Origin: Candidatus Thorarchaeota archaeon
Lineage (GTDB): Archaea; Asgardarchaeota; Thorarchaeia; Thorarchaeales; Thorarchaeaceae
DNA length: 64,000 nt
NCBI GenBank assembly: GCA_020348985.1
Contig: CP070761.1
Coordinates: 691,526-755,525 of the forward strand
Direction of reading: 5' to 3'
A program made the translations under genes and the position numbers. Below, one piece after another: positions 30,087 through 38,740 of this stretch (its first letter is position 1; each line of letters begins with the position of its first letter). The notes beneath the pieces were generated by a model. The model saw nothing but the letters and a program-made list of their open reading frames with translations, was not told the origin of the DNA and ran no database searches.

Positions 30087-30629
30087 TCACTCACCTGATT
30101 GCGCATCTACATCCAGAGAGAGATAGAAGACGTTCCAGATGTTGTCGCCATCAACAACACCGTAGGCCTCTTTGTAACCCCTTATGCGGAATAGAGCGAT
30201 GGCGGACGGATTGTCTGTGTAATGGACAATCTCGTTGTGGCCAAGTTCCCTCATGAAGTCTTCAAAGAAGTCGATGAAGGCACTTCCGTAACCTCGACCT
30301 CTGTAATCTACTCCAAGCCACAACTCATGTAGTTCAATGAACTCGGTGTCCCGATCCATGAGCTGTTCGTGAATCGAAATGGCCTGTTCAGTTCGTTTGT
30401 CGCCTGGAGTGTGCTCAGTGGCACTTGATTCGTGCCAGATAGCATGTCCGATAATCCTGCCCGAAAGCCTCCAAGTTATCAAATGATTTGGATCGCTCCG
30501 AATGTGTTTCTCTTCCGTAGGACCAAATCTCCATGGCATGGTGGTCGAGTAGTATTCTAGGAATTCTTCGTCGACCTCTTCACCCATCTTGAACTCAACA
30601 TCTTCTTTCATTTCTACCATCGATTTCAC
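30087..30629 (-). CDS. GNAT family N-acetyltransferase
   Basis: YRGRGYGSAFIDFFEDFMRELGHNEI matches the acetyl-CoA binding motif A region. There is a 4-nt overlap with the upstream regulator gene. Confidence 0.8.
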   Translation of the reverse strand: MKSMVEMKEDVEFKMGEEVDEEFLEYYSTTMPWRFGPTEEKHIRSDPNHLITWRLSGRIIGHAIWHESSATEHTPGDKRTEQAISIHEQLMDRDTEFIELHELWLGVDYRGRGYGSAFIDFFEDFMRELGHNEIVHYTDNPSAIALFRIRGYKEAYGVVDGDNIWNVFYLSLDVDAQSGE

Positions 30630-31219
30630 ACTCCTGATCGGATGAGATCAGACCTGGAAATGATGCCGGTTAGTCTACCTTGCTTGACGACAGCTATGGC
30701 CTGATACTGTTCGAGCAAATCGGATACTGAGTCAATTGGAGTCTTTTCGTCAACTGTGGGCACTCCTCCCTGACTCATGATTGCCTCAACTGTGACCTCC
30801 CCAAGGTCAAGCCCAAGATTCCGAATGATGTCAAGTTCGGTAACAAGACCTATGACTTGTCTTCCTCTAACAACAGGCAGTTGCGAAAAACTCCTTCTTC
30901 TCATGATGCGAATTGCGGAGTTGACAACTTCTCTTGCCCCTATAGTCACCGGATTAGGAGTCATAATATCTGCACAGACCTTCTTCTCTTGGTCACTAAG
31001 AGCTTCAAGTATCATAAGAACAACGGAATGACGTGGGTCGACTCTTCCGCTCTCAATTCGAGCAATGTAAGATTGAGAAACTCCCACTCTGTCCGCCAAC
31101 TCCTCCTGACTTATGTTGGCGCTCTTGCGCATGAAGTGAATCTGATCTCTAGCCCTTTTCTTGAGCACCTCTCTACGTTTCAGGATTCCTTTCTTTGAAC
31201 TCACCGAAAAGATCTCCAT
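30626..31219 (-). CDS. XRE-type HTH + CBS-pair transcriptional regulator
   Basis: ISQEELADRVGVSQSYIARIESGR (HTH_XRE) followed by two CBS-like segments. The start could be the internal Met at 31132. Confidence 0.8.
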   Translation of the reverse strand: MEIFSVSSKKGILKRREVLKKRARDQIHFMRKSANISQEELADRVGVSQSYIARIESGRVDPRHSVVLMILEALSDQEKKVCADIMTPNPVTIGAREVVNSAIRIMRRRSFSQLPVVRGRQVIGLVTELDIIRNLGLDLGEVTVEAIMSQGGVPTVDEKTPIDSVSDLLEQYQAIAVVKQGRLTGIISRSDLIRSGV

Positions 31220-31360
31220 ACACTGGAATCATGCAGTAGTGCATAATTCTACATGTGTTCTAGGTACATTCTGCATAACCTATCCTAATCTATATAAGCA
31301 CTTTCACTCGGCTCGGTGGTAAGAATTTGAAGGAATTCCGCTTCATACGAGTTGATTGAA

Positions 31361-32563
31361 ATGGATATTGAAGTAACACGGGGCGAAGGGATTCCCGTCC
31401 CAGAGAGAAAGGTGGAGATTGTCGAGAGAAAAGGGAAAGGACACCCTGATACTCTGTGCGACAAAGCAGCCGAAGAACTCTCGATCAAATTGAGCGAATA
31501 CTACATGGAGGAATTCGGAGGGATTCAGCATCACAACGTCGACAAGGTCCTATTGGTCGGCGGTCAGTCAGTAACACCCTTCGGCGGTGGCGATGTCATT
31601 GAACCAATCTACATTCTATTGAGCGGCCGTGCAGTCTCCGAGGTTGTCAGAAACGGCGATAAGAGCATTGTGCCCGTTGGCAAGTTTGCAGTAGAACATA
31701 CAAAGCAATGGCTGCAGGGGGACTTGCCTCATCTAGACGTGAGCTCTGATGTCATTGTTGACTACAAGATACGTGCAGGGAGCACAGACTTGGTTGGCAA
31801 CTTCGAGGTTGGAGTTGAAGTACCCAGAGCCAACGACACCAGCTTTGGCGTGGCTTATGGACCTATGTCAGATACTGAGATTCTAGTGCTTAAAGCTGAA
31901 GAGCTTCTGAATACACCCAAGATAAAGAAGGATTGGCCTCAGATTGGTGAAGACATCAAGGTCATGGGTACAAGAGTTGGAGACAGTATCCACATCCAAG
32001 TCGCTGCAGCTATAATCTCAACCGAAACTCGAGACGCTGATGAATACGCGGGGGTAATGCAAGGAATAAACGATGTTGTATGTGACATGGCCGCAAAGAT
32101 AACAGACCTAGACGTTGAAGTTAGTGTGAACACGGCAGATGAGCCGGACGAAGGTCTATTCTATCTGACAGTCACGGGCACCTCAGCAGAGCATGGTGAT
32201 GATGGACAAGTAGGCCGGGGTAATAGAGCCAACGGACTGATTACGCCCTATAGACCAATGACCCTAGAAGCTGCCGCTGGGAAGAATCCAATATCGCATG
32301 TCGGCAAAACGTACAATGTTGCCGCAAGGGAGATTGTCAACAAAGTCATTCTGGAGCACCCAGATTTGACACAAGTCTACTGCTATGTTGTAAGTCAAAT
32401 TGGGGCGCCCATAACAGAACCAAAGGCAGTCAACGTCGAGCTCTATGGAGAATGTGATGTGGACAAAGTCAGAGGATCTGTTCAGAGCATAATTGAAGAA
32501 GAGTGTGCAAAGCTGCCAGAGGTATGGAGAGGCTTTGTGACCCGCAAGTACCAGCTGTGGTAG
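31361..32563 (+). CDS. mat: archaeal S-adenosylmethionine synthetase (MAT)
   Basis: EIVERKGKGHPDTLCD and HHNVDKVLLVGGQ parallel M. jannaschii MAT (EIVERKGLGHPDSICD…HHNTDQVELVGG). The ATG at 31361 gives the same N-terminal length as Mj MAT; the track start is TTG at 31352. Confidence 0.9.
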   Translation: MDIEVTRGEGIPVPERKVEIVERKGKGHPDTLCDKAAEELSIKLSEYYMEEFGGIQHHNVDKVLLVGGQSVTPFGGGDVIEPIYILLSGRAVSEVVRNGDKSIVPVGKFAVEHTKQWLQGDLPHLDVSSDVIVDYKIRAGSTDLVGNFEVGVEVPRANDTSFGVAYGPMSDTEILVLKAEELLNTPKIKKDWPQIGEDIKVMGTRVGDSIHIQVAAAIISTETRDADEYAGVMQGINDVVCDMAAKITDLDVEVSVNTADEPDEGLFYLTVTGTSAEHGDDGQVGRGNRANGLITPYRPMTLEAAAGKNPISHVGKTYNVAAREIVNKVILEHPDLTQVYCYVVSQIGAPITEPKAVNVELYGECDVDKVRGSVQSIIEEECAKLPEVWRGFVTRKYQLW

Positions 32564-32573
32564 TTCTAATTGC

Positions 32574-32615
32574 TAGGGCATCATGAATGGGTGCCCTAAG
32601 CAACTTTCTTTTCGT
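32574..32615 (+). terminator. hairpin TAGGGCA-(10 nt)-TGCCCTA followed by T-rich tract, downstream of mat
   Basis: Inverted repeat plus CTTTCTTTTCGTT. Confidence 0.5.
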
Positions 32616-32795
32616 TACTTGTCATTGTTCAATCGACAGCAAGTCTTTCTGTCGAATGAACCCAAGTCTCAATAGAATCGGGAACTCAATCTTGGATGGG
32701 CTAGTGAGATTGTTTTTAAGCAAAGAACACAACTGCTCACATAGACAACCCCATGTCAAACGCCATAGGGGTGTTTATGTTAGGAGACACTTAGG

Positions 32796-33350
32796 ATGGT
32801 TAAAGATCCCATCGCCAAGCGAATCAGAAAGAAGGCTGCCAAAGACATCAAGGGCGGCCTGATTGGGAAGATTACCCATTATATTCCAGGATGGCATGGT
32901 TATCAGGAGAAGGAGGAGCGCCGCGCTGCTGACAAGGTACTCAGAGAGTTCCTCGCTGACCAGCTTCGTCTTGTCAAGCAAGACCTTGAAAAACTGCAGA
33001 TGATGGTCGTTGACTATAACCTGACAAAGACTTGGGAAACCTTTGATCGCATGCTTGCGTTATGCGACAAGATCGAGTCTGCTATCAGGTACGCTGATTA
33101 TGGCTATGCCGCTTGGGGCTCAAAAGAGAAGATCAATGAGAAGGAACTCGACAGGATGTATGAGTTCGATACAACTATCATTGATGACATAGGTAACATC
33201 AACGATGTCGTTGAGGAGTTTCTTGATGAAATGAATCAAGGCAAGTTTGATGAAGCCTGGAACTACACCTACCGAATGTGGCAAATCATGCAGCGCCTCG
33301 AAGAGAAATGGAATCAGCGCGAGGGCTACTTGAAAGGCTACCAGGAGTAG
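32796..33350 (+). CDS. conserved hypothetical helical protein, copy 1 of tandem pair (184 aa), Lys-rich N-terminus
   Basis: ATG with AGGAGA about 10 nt upstream; about 90% aa identity to 33867-34427. Confidence 0.8.
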   Translation: MVKDPIAKRIRKKAAKDIKGGLIGKITHYIPGWHGYQEKEERRAADKVLREFLADQLRLVKQDLEKLQMMVVDYNLTKTWETFDRMLALCDKIESAIRYADYGYAAWGSKEKINEKELDRMYEFDTTIIDDIGNINDVVEEFLDEMNQGKFDEAWNYTYRMWQIMQRLEEKWNQREGYLKGYQE

Positions 33351-33365
33351 TAGTGTAAGAAGATT

Positions 33366-33405
33366 CTGGGGACTAGTTCCCCAGAGATTCTCTATTTCTT
33401 TTTTC
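33366..33405 (+). terminator. hairpin CTGGGGA-ctagt-TCCCCAG plus T-tract after duplicated gene copy 1
   Basis: Perfect 7-bp stem followed by TCTATTTCTTTTTTCC. Confidence 0.55.
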
Positions 33406-33419
33406 CGGAGTCCATTCGA

Positions 33420-33758
33420 TTGGATCTTCTTGCGTTTCCAACAATGAATCAAATCCTCCTTGTCTTGATGATCTACTTAGTTGCGCTCATCTGGAGAAAC
33501 AGGAAAGGGTCAACAAATTTCGTGTACGCAGCAATCGGACTCTGCATTGCATTCGTGGTCTTGGATTTCAGTCTTGTAAACAACATGTTTTCTACATTGT
33601 CGCAGTACGTGCCAACCATTCCACCTGTCTCCCCCACACCCCATCAGGTATACTCGAACTTCCTCGCTAATGGTCTGGTTCCGGTGGTTATTCTGCTGTA
33701 CTTGATGACAATAGAAGTTACATTCTACAATTGGCGTCACGGTTTAGCACAACACTAG
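33420..33758 (+). CDS. small hydrophobic membrane protein (about 105-112 aa, 3 predicted TM) between the duplicated genes
   Basis: LLVLMIYLVALIW, AAIGLCIAFVVLDF and LVPVVILLYLMTI hydrophobic segments. Start could be 33420 or 33444. Confidence 0.5.
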   Translation: MDLLAFPTMNQILLVLMIYLVALIWRNRKGSTNFVYAAIGLCIAFVVLDFSLVNNMFSTLSQYVPTIPPVSPTPHQVYSNFLANGLVPVVILLYLMTIEVTFYNWRHGLAQH

Positions 33759-33866
33759 GCAAGCGAGGTGGCCTTAGATTATTATAGAGGTCACTGCATC
33801 TCTTAGGTAAGTACTCTCTAGATAGAATAGGAAAGGCAATGAGATTGAAAGGGAGGTCCAAAGAGA

Positions 33867-34427
33867 TTGGGAAAAGTCAAAGATCCTATTGCGAAGAGGA
33901 TTAGGAAGAAGGCGGCCAAGGACATCAAAGGAGGGTTCTTTGGCAAGATTACGCACTACATTCCAGGATGGCATGGCTATCAGGAAAAGGAGGAACGCCG
34001 AGCTGCAGATAAGGTACTCCGCGAGTTTCTCGCAGACCAGCTTCGTCTTGTCAAGCAAGACTTGGAGAAGCTCCAGATGATGGTCGTCGACTACGACCTT
34101 AGGAAGACCTGGGAGACTTTTGACAGAATGCTTGCATTGAGCGACAAGATTGAGTCATCAATAAGATATGCTGACTATGGATATGCTGCCTCCGGTTCTA
34201 AAGAACGGATCAACGAAAGAGAGCTGGATCAAATGTATGAGTTCGACGCCACAGTCATTGAGGACATAGGCAACATCAATGATGTAGTGGAGGAGTTCCT
34301 TGATCAGATGAACCAGAGCAAATTCGACGAGGCTTGGAACTACACCTACCGAATGTGGCAAATCATGCAACGTCTCGAAGAGAAGTGGAATCAGCGCGAG
34401 GGATACATGAAGGGATATCAAGAATAG
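33867..34427 (+). CDS. conserved hypothetical helical protein, copy 2 of tandem pair (186 aa)
   Basis: TTG start with GGGAGG 9 nt upstream; paralogue of 32796-33350. Confidence 0.8.
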   Translation: MGKVKDPIAKRIRKKAAKDIKGGFFGKITHYIPGWHGYQEKEERRAADKVLREFLADQLRLVKQDLEKLQMMVVDYDLRKTWETFDRMLALSDKIESSIRYADYGYAASGSKERINERELDQMYEFDATVIEDIGNINDVVEEFLDQMNQSKFDEAWNYTYRMWQIMQRLEEKWNQREGYMKGYQE

Positions 34428-34489
34428 TCAGTGAAATCTCGAGTAATCTCAGTCACTTTTGGATACAACGCTTTCCAAATGCGATGGAG

Positions 34490-35416
34490 CTAGCTGATTA
34501 GAACACTCAGATTCCTTCTGAGAACTGCGAACGCCTCAGGAGAAGGGAGTCCACCAAATCCTCGCAGTTTCCGCCCCAACGTTCCGAGAAGCTCCTCCGT
34601 GTGATTGCCCTCAAGGATTGCTTGTGTTTCTTCTGAGATCACATCTTCAAGCCTTATGGTCCGCTTCAAAACGTCTTGGTTGGCCGGACAAGGGGCCTGG
34701 CATTTCATGCATCCCATCAATGCATTATGAGAGTCAGGATGAATGAATTCAGGGAACTCACCACCTATCTCATTGTAGAGTGTCACGCATCTACCAACAT
34801 CGATCACGAACTTGTCCTCGGATATACACCCTTGGGGACAGCTATCCATGCAGATTGTGCAATTGTGACATTCGTCCATCATTCGGGCTTCAACCCAATT
34901 GTCTGTGCTGAATTCGTGGTCGGAAAAGAATGCATGAAGGGTGAGGAGTGTGCCCATTCCATCAACATAGCAGATGTTGTTCCGGCCATATCTTCCCAAT
35001 CCGCTCCTCACTGCCAATCTCTTGAGAAGCAAATGCTGGTTAGCATATTCTAGTCGACTTCCGGGTTCTCCTATGATCTTCTGATGAATTGTATTCATAA
35101 TTTGCTCCACGGTCCGTCCACTGGAGTAGTATTGTGGTGGCACGATGGTCTCGTACTGTTTCCCGTCAGCGCGGAAGTTCACCAAAGCTAATGGAGTCCT
35201 TACGGCCAAGACTACTACTGACTTGGCCTCGGGAAACGAATCCGGAACTGCGTACCGTTTTCCTTCGATGTAGCTTAGGAAAGTCTTGTTGTCGCTAAGG
35301 TGCCCTTCTTCATAGAGGTCGTCAAAATCCCTCTGAAGTTCTTCGAGGTGTTCAATTGAGACCGTAGCATATCTGAACTCCTCATCTAGCAAAACTCGTT
35401 CGTTCACTTCTGTCAT
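34490..35416 (-). CDS. QueG-family (epoxyqueuosine reductase-like) 4Fe-4S protein, short form
   Basis: RSGLGRYGRNNICYVDGMGTLLTLHAFFSD, CHNCTICMDSCPQGCI, RCVTLYNEIGGEFPEF and GCMKCQAPCPAN align with E. coli QueG (GLGWQGKHTLLI…GSWFFLGELLTD; CGSCTRCLDACPTGAI; RCISYLTIE; GCDDCQLVCPWN). Confidence 0.7.
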   Translation of the reverse strand: MTEVNERVLLDEEFRYATVSIEHLEELQRDFDDLYEEGHLSDNKTFLSYIEGKRYAVPDSFPEAKSVVVLAVRTPLALVNFRADGKQYETIVPPQYYSSGRTVEQIMNTIHQKIIGEPGSRLEYANQHLLLKRLAVRSGLGRYGRNNICYVDGMGTLLTLHAFFSDHEFSTDNWVEARMMDECHNCTICMDSCPQGCISEDKFVIDVGRCVTLYNEIGGEFPEFIHPDSHNALMGCMKCQAPCPANQDVLKRTIRLEDVISEETQAILEGNHTEELLGTLGRKLRGFGGLPSPEAFAVLRRNLSVLIS

Positions 35417-35780
35417 TTTCTCTTCTGTCGTGTTTTTCTCTTCCGGTCGCTTGTTTCAGAATCCAGCCTCAGACATGAACAAGCTATCGATTGAACCAGG
35501 ACGTCTCTTTGCCGTTTTGAACACAATCATCGAAGCAATGGTCTATCATAATCAGCTCGATTGGTTGAAAGCAGTTAGGTGATGCCAAAGACTCTCTTTT
35601 GCCACACGCGATTTGTTCTGGCAGTAGAAATCCTAAATTCAAGGTGAGGCAATTTGCGTTTTGGATTGTCAAATCGCCAGAAATCGAAATGGCCGTGACC
35701 TGATTGCTATTATCCTCCGTGAAGTCATTCTCTGCACTCTGGTTCTCAATGTCCAGAGCACACGATGAGGAGACCACTAA

Positions 35781-36641
35781 ATGAATCAGAAGACAAAGTT
35801 TGTCGGACTGATTGTGCTTGCAGTTGTTATCGGAGCCGGAATGACCGGTGGCATTCTGCTCTTGCAGGGCTCCATAGGGAACAACGTGAGTACAACAACT
35901 CCAACGACCAACACAACTACAACCACGACTACGACAGCAATGACACTCCCTCCAATCGACATCCCAGACCCATTGCACTACGAGGGTGTGGACATTTGGT
36001 GGATTGTAGTTGGTGGTGTCAAGCTCAAGTTCAATGACATTGTAGTCTACATAGACCCAACAGAAATCTATGGTTTGGAAACGCCATTTCTAGAACCAGC
36101 CGACTACATAATTGTCACTCATGAGCATGGACCCCATGCATCACCCGGGAGCATTAGTGCTGTAAGAGACAGTAACACCACGGTGATCGTTTCAATGAAT
36201 TCTCGATACTCCATTAGTGAAGATGTGGTTGCATATCCAAATGACACCCTAGAGTATGAAGGCGTAACTTTCGAATTTGTACCCGCATACAACATAGACA
36301 AGCTCAGACCTAGCGGAGAGCCGTTTCATCCTCCTGAAAACAACATGCTTGGTGTCATTGTAAATTTCAACGGGATACGTATCTATCATGCTGGTGACAC
36401 GGATAGGATTCCCGAAATGCAGTCCATCAATACAGATGTTGCGCTTCTTCCCGTCAGCGGATATGCATGGATGGAACCTGATGAAGCTGCAGGTGCGGTG
36501 GATGATCTGAAGCTAAATTCAGACCTTGCGTATGCAGTGCCAATACATTGGGGACACAACCAGGGTTCCAGATGGCACGCAGAGCAGTTCGAGGCACTTG
36601 CAAACTGCACTGTGGTAATACTTGACAGACTCGTTACTTGA
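35781..36641 (+). CDS. exported/membrane-anchored MBL-fold metallo-hydrolase with Thr-rich linker
   Basis: N-terminal TM/signal (FVGLIVLAVVIGAGMTGGILLL), linker TTTPTTNTTTTTTTTA, THEHGPH and HAGDT metal-binding motifs. Confidence 0.8.
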   Translation: MNQKTKFVGLIVLAVVIGAGMTGGILLLQGSIGNNVSTTTPTTNTTTTTTTTAMTLPPIDIPDPLHYEGVDIWWIVVGGVKLKFNDIVVYIDPTEIYGLETPFLEPADYIIVTHEHGPHASPGSISAVRDSNTTVIVSMNSRYSISEDVVAYPNDTLEYEGVTFEFVPAYNIDKLRPSGEPFHPPENNMLGVIVNFNGIRIYHAGDTDRIPEMQSINTDVALLPVSGYAWMEPDEAAGAVDDLKLNSDLAYAVPIHWGHNQGSRWHAEQFEALANCTVVILDRLVT

Positions 36642-36668
36642 ATCAACGAAGGCAAAACGTAAGAGCGC

Positions 36669-37169
36669 GTGCGAGCTTTGCGAGAGAGGCATAGTAAGAG
36701 GGTTTCATTATTGAAGAGAGACGAGAACGGAGTCTATCCCGCGGAAGTCGAAGACCTCGAAGCGGTGCTAAAACTGCTGCAATTAGTGGGCTTGCCAACC
36801 GAAGACGTTGAGACTCACTTTGAGAATTTCATGATTTGGCAAGACTCAGAAACGATGAAAATCCTGGGATGTGTAGGTCTGGAAATCTATGATGACGGCA
36901 TGCTCATGCGTTCGGTTGCAGTGCATCCTAGCAGCCGAGGAAGGAGAATAGGAAAGAAGCTAGTGGATGCCTCGTTGATGAAGGCAAAGGCACTTGGAGC
37001 GACATCAGTGTACCTTCTTACTGACACGGCGGAGAACTACTTCAAACGTCTCGGATTCTCGTTGGTTGCAAGAGAAGATGTGCCGAATGGCGTGAAGGAG
37101 TCTATTGAATTCACTAAGCTTTGTATTGGCGCACCGTCCATGAAGAAGGATCTAGACGAGAAAAAATAG
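36669..37169 (+). CDS. GNAT N-acetyltransferase (ArsN2/amino-acid acetyltransferase-like)
   Basis: LQLVGLPTEDV…ILGCVGLEIYDDGMLMRSVAVHPSSRGRRIGKKLV matches the short ArgA-like GNAT family. Start uncertain. Confidence 0.75.
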   Translation: MRALRERHSKRVSLLKRDENGVYPAEVEDLEAVLKLLQLVGLPTEDVETHFENFMIWQDSETMKILGCVGLEIYDDGMLMRSVAVHPSSRGRRIGKKLVDASLMKAKALGATSVYLLTDTAENYFKRLGFSLVAREDVPNGVKESIEFTKLCIGAPSMKKDLDEKK

Positions 37170-37221
37170 GAAATGAAACAGCAAGTCAAGAGAATCTTTG
37201 CTGCAGAACATCATCGTCCTT

Positions 37222-38634
37222 TCACATGTATTTACCAGCTTGAGATTGCTTGTCAGCGTGAAGTCTGTCTCTCTTCTCTTTCATCTCTTTCAGTTTTCCT
37301 CCGACAAGGGGATACCTTGAGAAAGCAAGAGCCCCAATCAGCAGCGCAGCCGATGGAAAAACACCAACCAAGAGTCTAAGACCCAAAAGCGTAGATTCTG
37401 TTACAACCGAGGGCTCGAAGACAGTCCATCCCACGTTGTTCAAGACTAGGTTGATTGAGACGAAGACAAGGATAACAGCGAACCTCATAATCAGGGCATT
37501 GACTCCAAAGAAGGAACCTTCTCTCCTGACACCGGTCCTAATTTCATCTTCGTCTACAATGTCAGCAATCACAAGGTCACGTAAAAGCAGAGCGCCCGCG
37601 AGGCCGAGCCCATTGATTGCGAACAGTATCATTGCAATTGTGAAATCGACTGTAATTGCTAGCGGCATCAGCGTAATTATCCAGATTCCCATGCTCATTA
37701 TCAAGGCTTTCCGCAAGTCTCCGATTTTGTCAACAACCCACTTCCAGAGGTTCACGAAAAGAATCCCAGTAATGAACGAGCCAGCAAGCAAGATTCCACC
37801 AAGAGATGTGTTTAGAACAAACTGACCATACAGGGGAATGATGGTTGGTATGAGTCCGAAGACATACCAGATGCACGTGTTCATAATCAGAAACCAGTGG
37901 AAATTCTTGTTTCTCAATGTGTGTCTCAAAGCATCGACAAAGGATGGTACTGAGAGTGAGTCATCGCTAAACTCTCTTCGTTCTTGCACACCCCATTTCA
38001 AAGTGATTAGCATCCCTATGCAAACAATGACAGCCAAGAGTATCCCGGTGAACTGATAATCAAGTATCACCTGGGAAGCTGGTGTGGATCTCGCAGACAT
38101 ATCTGGTATCAGAATTGTGGGGACAACAAATGCAATAAGCAGGCCCACTACAATAAGCATCTGCCTGAAGTTGTTTGCCGCGTTGCGTTCCTTCTCAGTC
38201 AGCCACATTTCAGGGAAGAGTGCTGTAAGGTTTAGAGCTAACATTGTATAAAAGAAATCAAACAAGATGATTGCGACGAGGAAGTAAAGGAATGACAGCT
38301 CTGGAGGGCCCAATGGCGGAGTCCATAGAAAGTACATAATCAGCGCTAGAGGAAGAGAACCAGCTGCTATGTATGGAATTCTTCGGCCATACTTGGTCTT
38401 TGTCCGATCTGACACTAGACCAATCACTGGGTCATTGAATGCATTCCATACGCTCCAGATTACAAATCCAAGCGTCACGAGGTTGATATCGATGCCAATC
38501 ACAGCATAGTAGAATGTGAAAACCAAGAAGGTGAACGCCTGGTATGAAGCATTCTCTGCGAGGGCACCCACGCCGTACGCCACTCTATTTCCGGGCTTGT
38601 ACTCTGATTTCCCAACGCTAGACATCGAATCCAT
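37222..38634 (-). CDS. MFS transporter, GPH (glycoside-pentoside-hexuronide:cation symporter) family
   Basis: Twelve-TM protein, AYGVGALAENASYQAFTFLVFTFYY. The ATG at 38634 is preceded by GTAGGTAGG; the track start at 38784 is likely too long. Confidence 0.85.
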   Translation of the reverse strand: MDSMSSVGKSEYKPGNRVAYGVGALAENASYQAFTFLVFTFYYAVIGIDINLVTLGFVIWSVWNAFNDPVIGLVSDRTKTKYGRRIPYIAAGSLPLALIMYFLWTPPLGPPELSFLYFLVAIILFDFFYTMLALNLTALFPEMWLTEKERNAANNFRQMLIVVGLLIAFVVPTILIPDMSARSTPASQVILDYQFTGILLAVIVCIGMLITLKWGVQERREFSDDSLSVPSFVDALRHTLRNKNFHWFLIMNTCIWYVFGLIPTIIPLYGQFVLNTSLGGILLAGSFITGILFVNLWKWVVDKIGDLRKALIMSMGIWIITLMPLAITVDFTIAMILFAINGLGLAGALLLRDLVIADIVDEDEIRTGVRREGSFFGVNALIMRFAVILVFVSINLVLNNVGWTVFEPSVVTESTLLGLRLLVGVFPSAALLIGALAFSRYPLVGGKLKEMKEKRDRLHADKQSQAGKYM

Positions 38635-38660
38635 CCTACCTACAAGCGTATTGAAAAACC

Positions 38661-38707
38661 GCAATCCTGACGGATATATCTGTTTGGGGAGAAACGGGCA
38701 GGATTGC
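38661..38707. promoter_or_regulatory. 9-bp perfect inverted repeat GCAATCCTG…(29 nt)…CAGGATTGC in the MFS leader/promoter region
   Basis: Read directly; lies 27-73 nt upstream of the MFS ATG on the minus strand. Confidence 0.3.
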
Positions 38708-38740
38708 CAAGATTTGCGTGTACGTTCCCTGTATTGTTGA

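Larger units (their letters stand above)
32796..34427 (+). repeat. tandem direct duplication: about 550-bp units at 32796-33350 and 33867-34427 (roughly 85% nt identity), separated by a small membrane-protein gene
   Basis: Long colinear nucleotide matches, e.g. ggatggcatggttatcaggagaaggaggagcgccg… versus ggatggcatggctatcaggaaaaggaggaacgccg…. Confidence 0.85.

Noticed and set aside
32775-34058. Minus-strand ORFs MLDKTKLV… present in both duplicated units (32775-32981 and 33774-34058)
   Set aside because: Their recurrence is a by-product of the tandem duplication. They are antisense to well-supported genes with RBS and terminators, and their sequences diverge more than the sense-strand proteins.
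35484-35978. 164-aa Cys/Arg-rich minus-strand ORF
   Set aside because: Overlaps the start of the MBL-hydrolase gene in antisense. Composition (CHCCRSRGCSC) is typical of a spurious GC-frame ORF.
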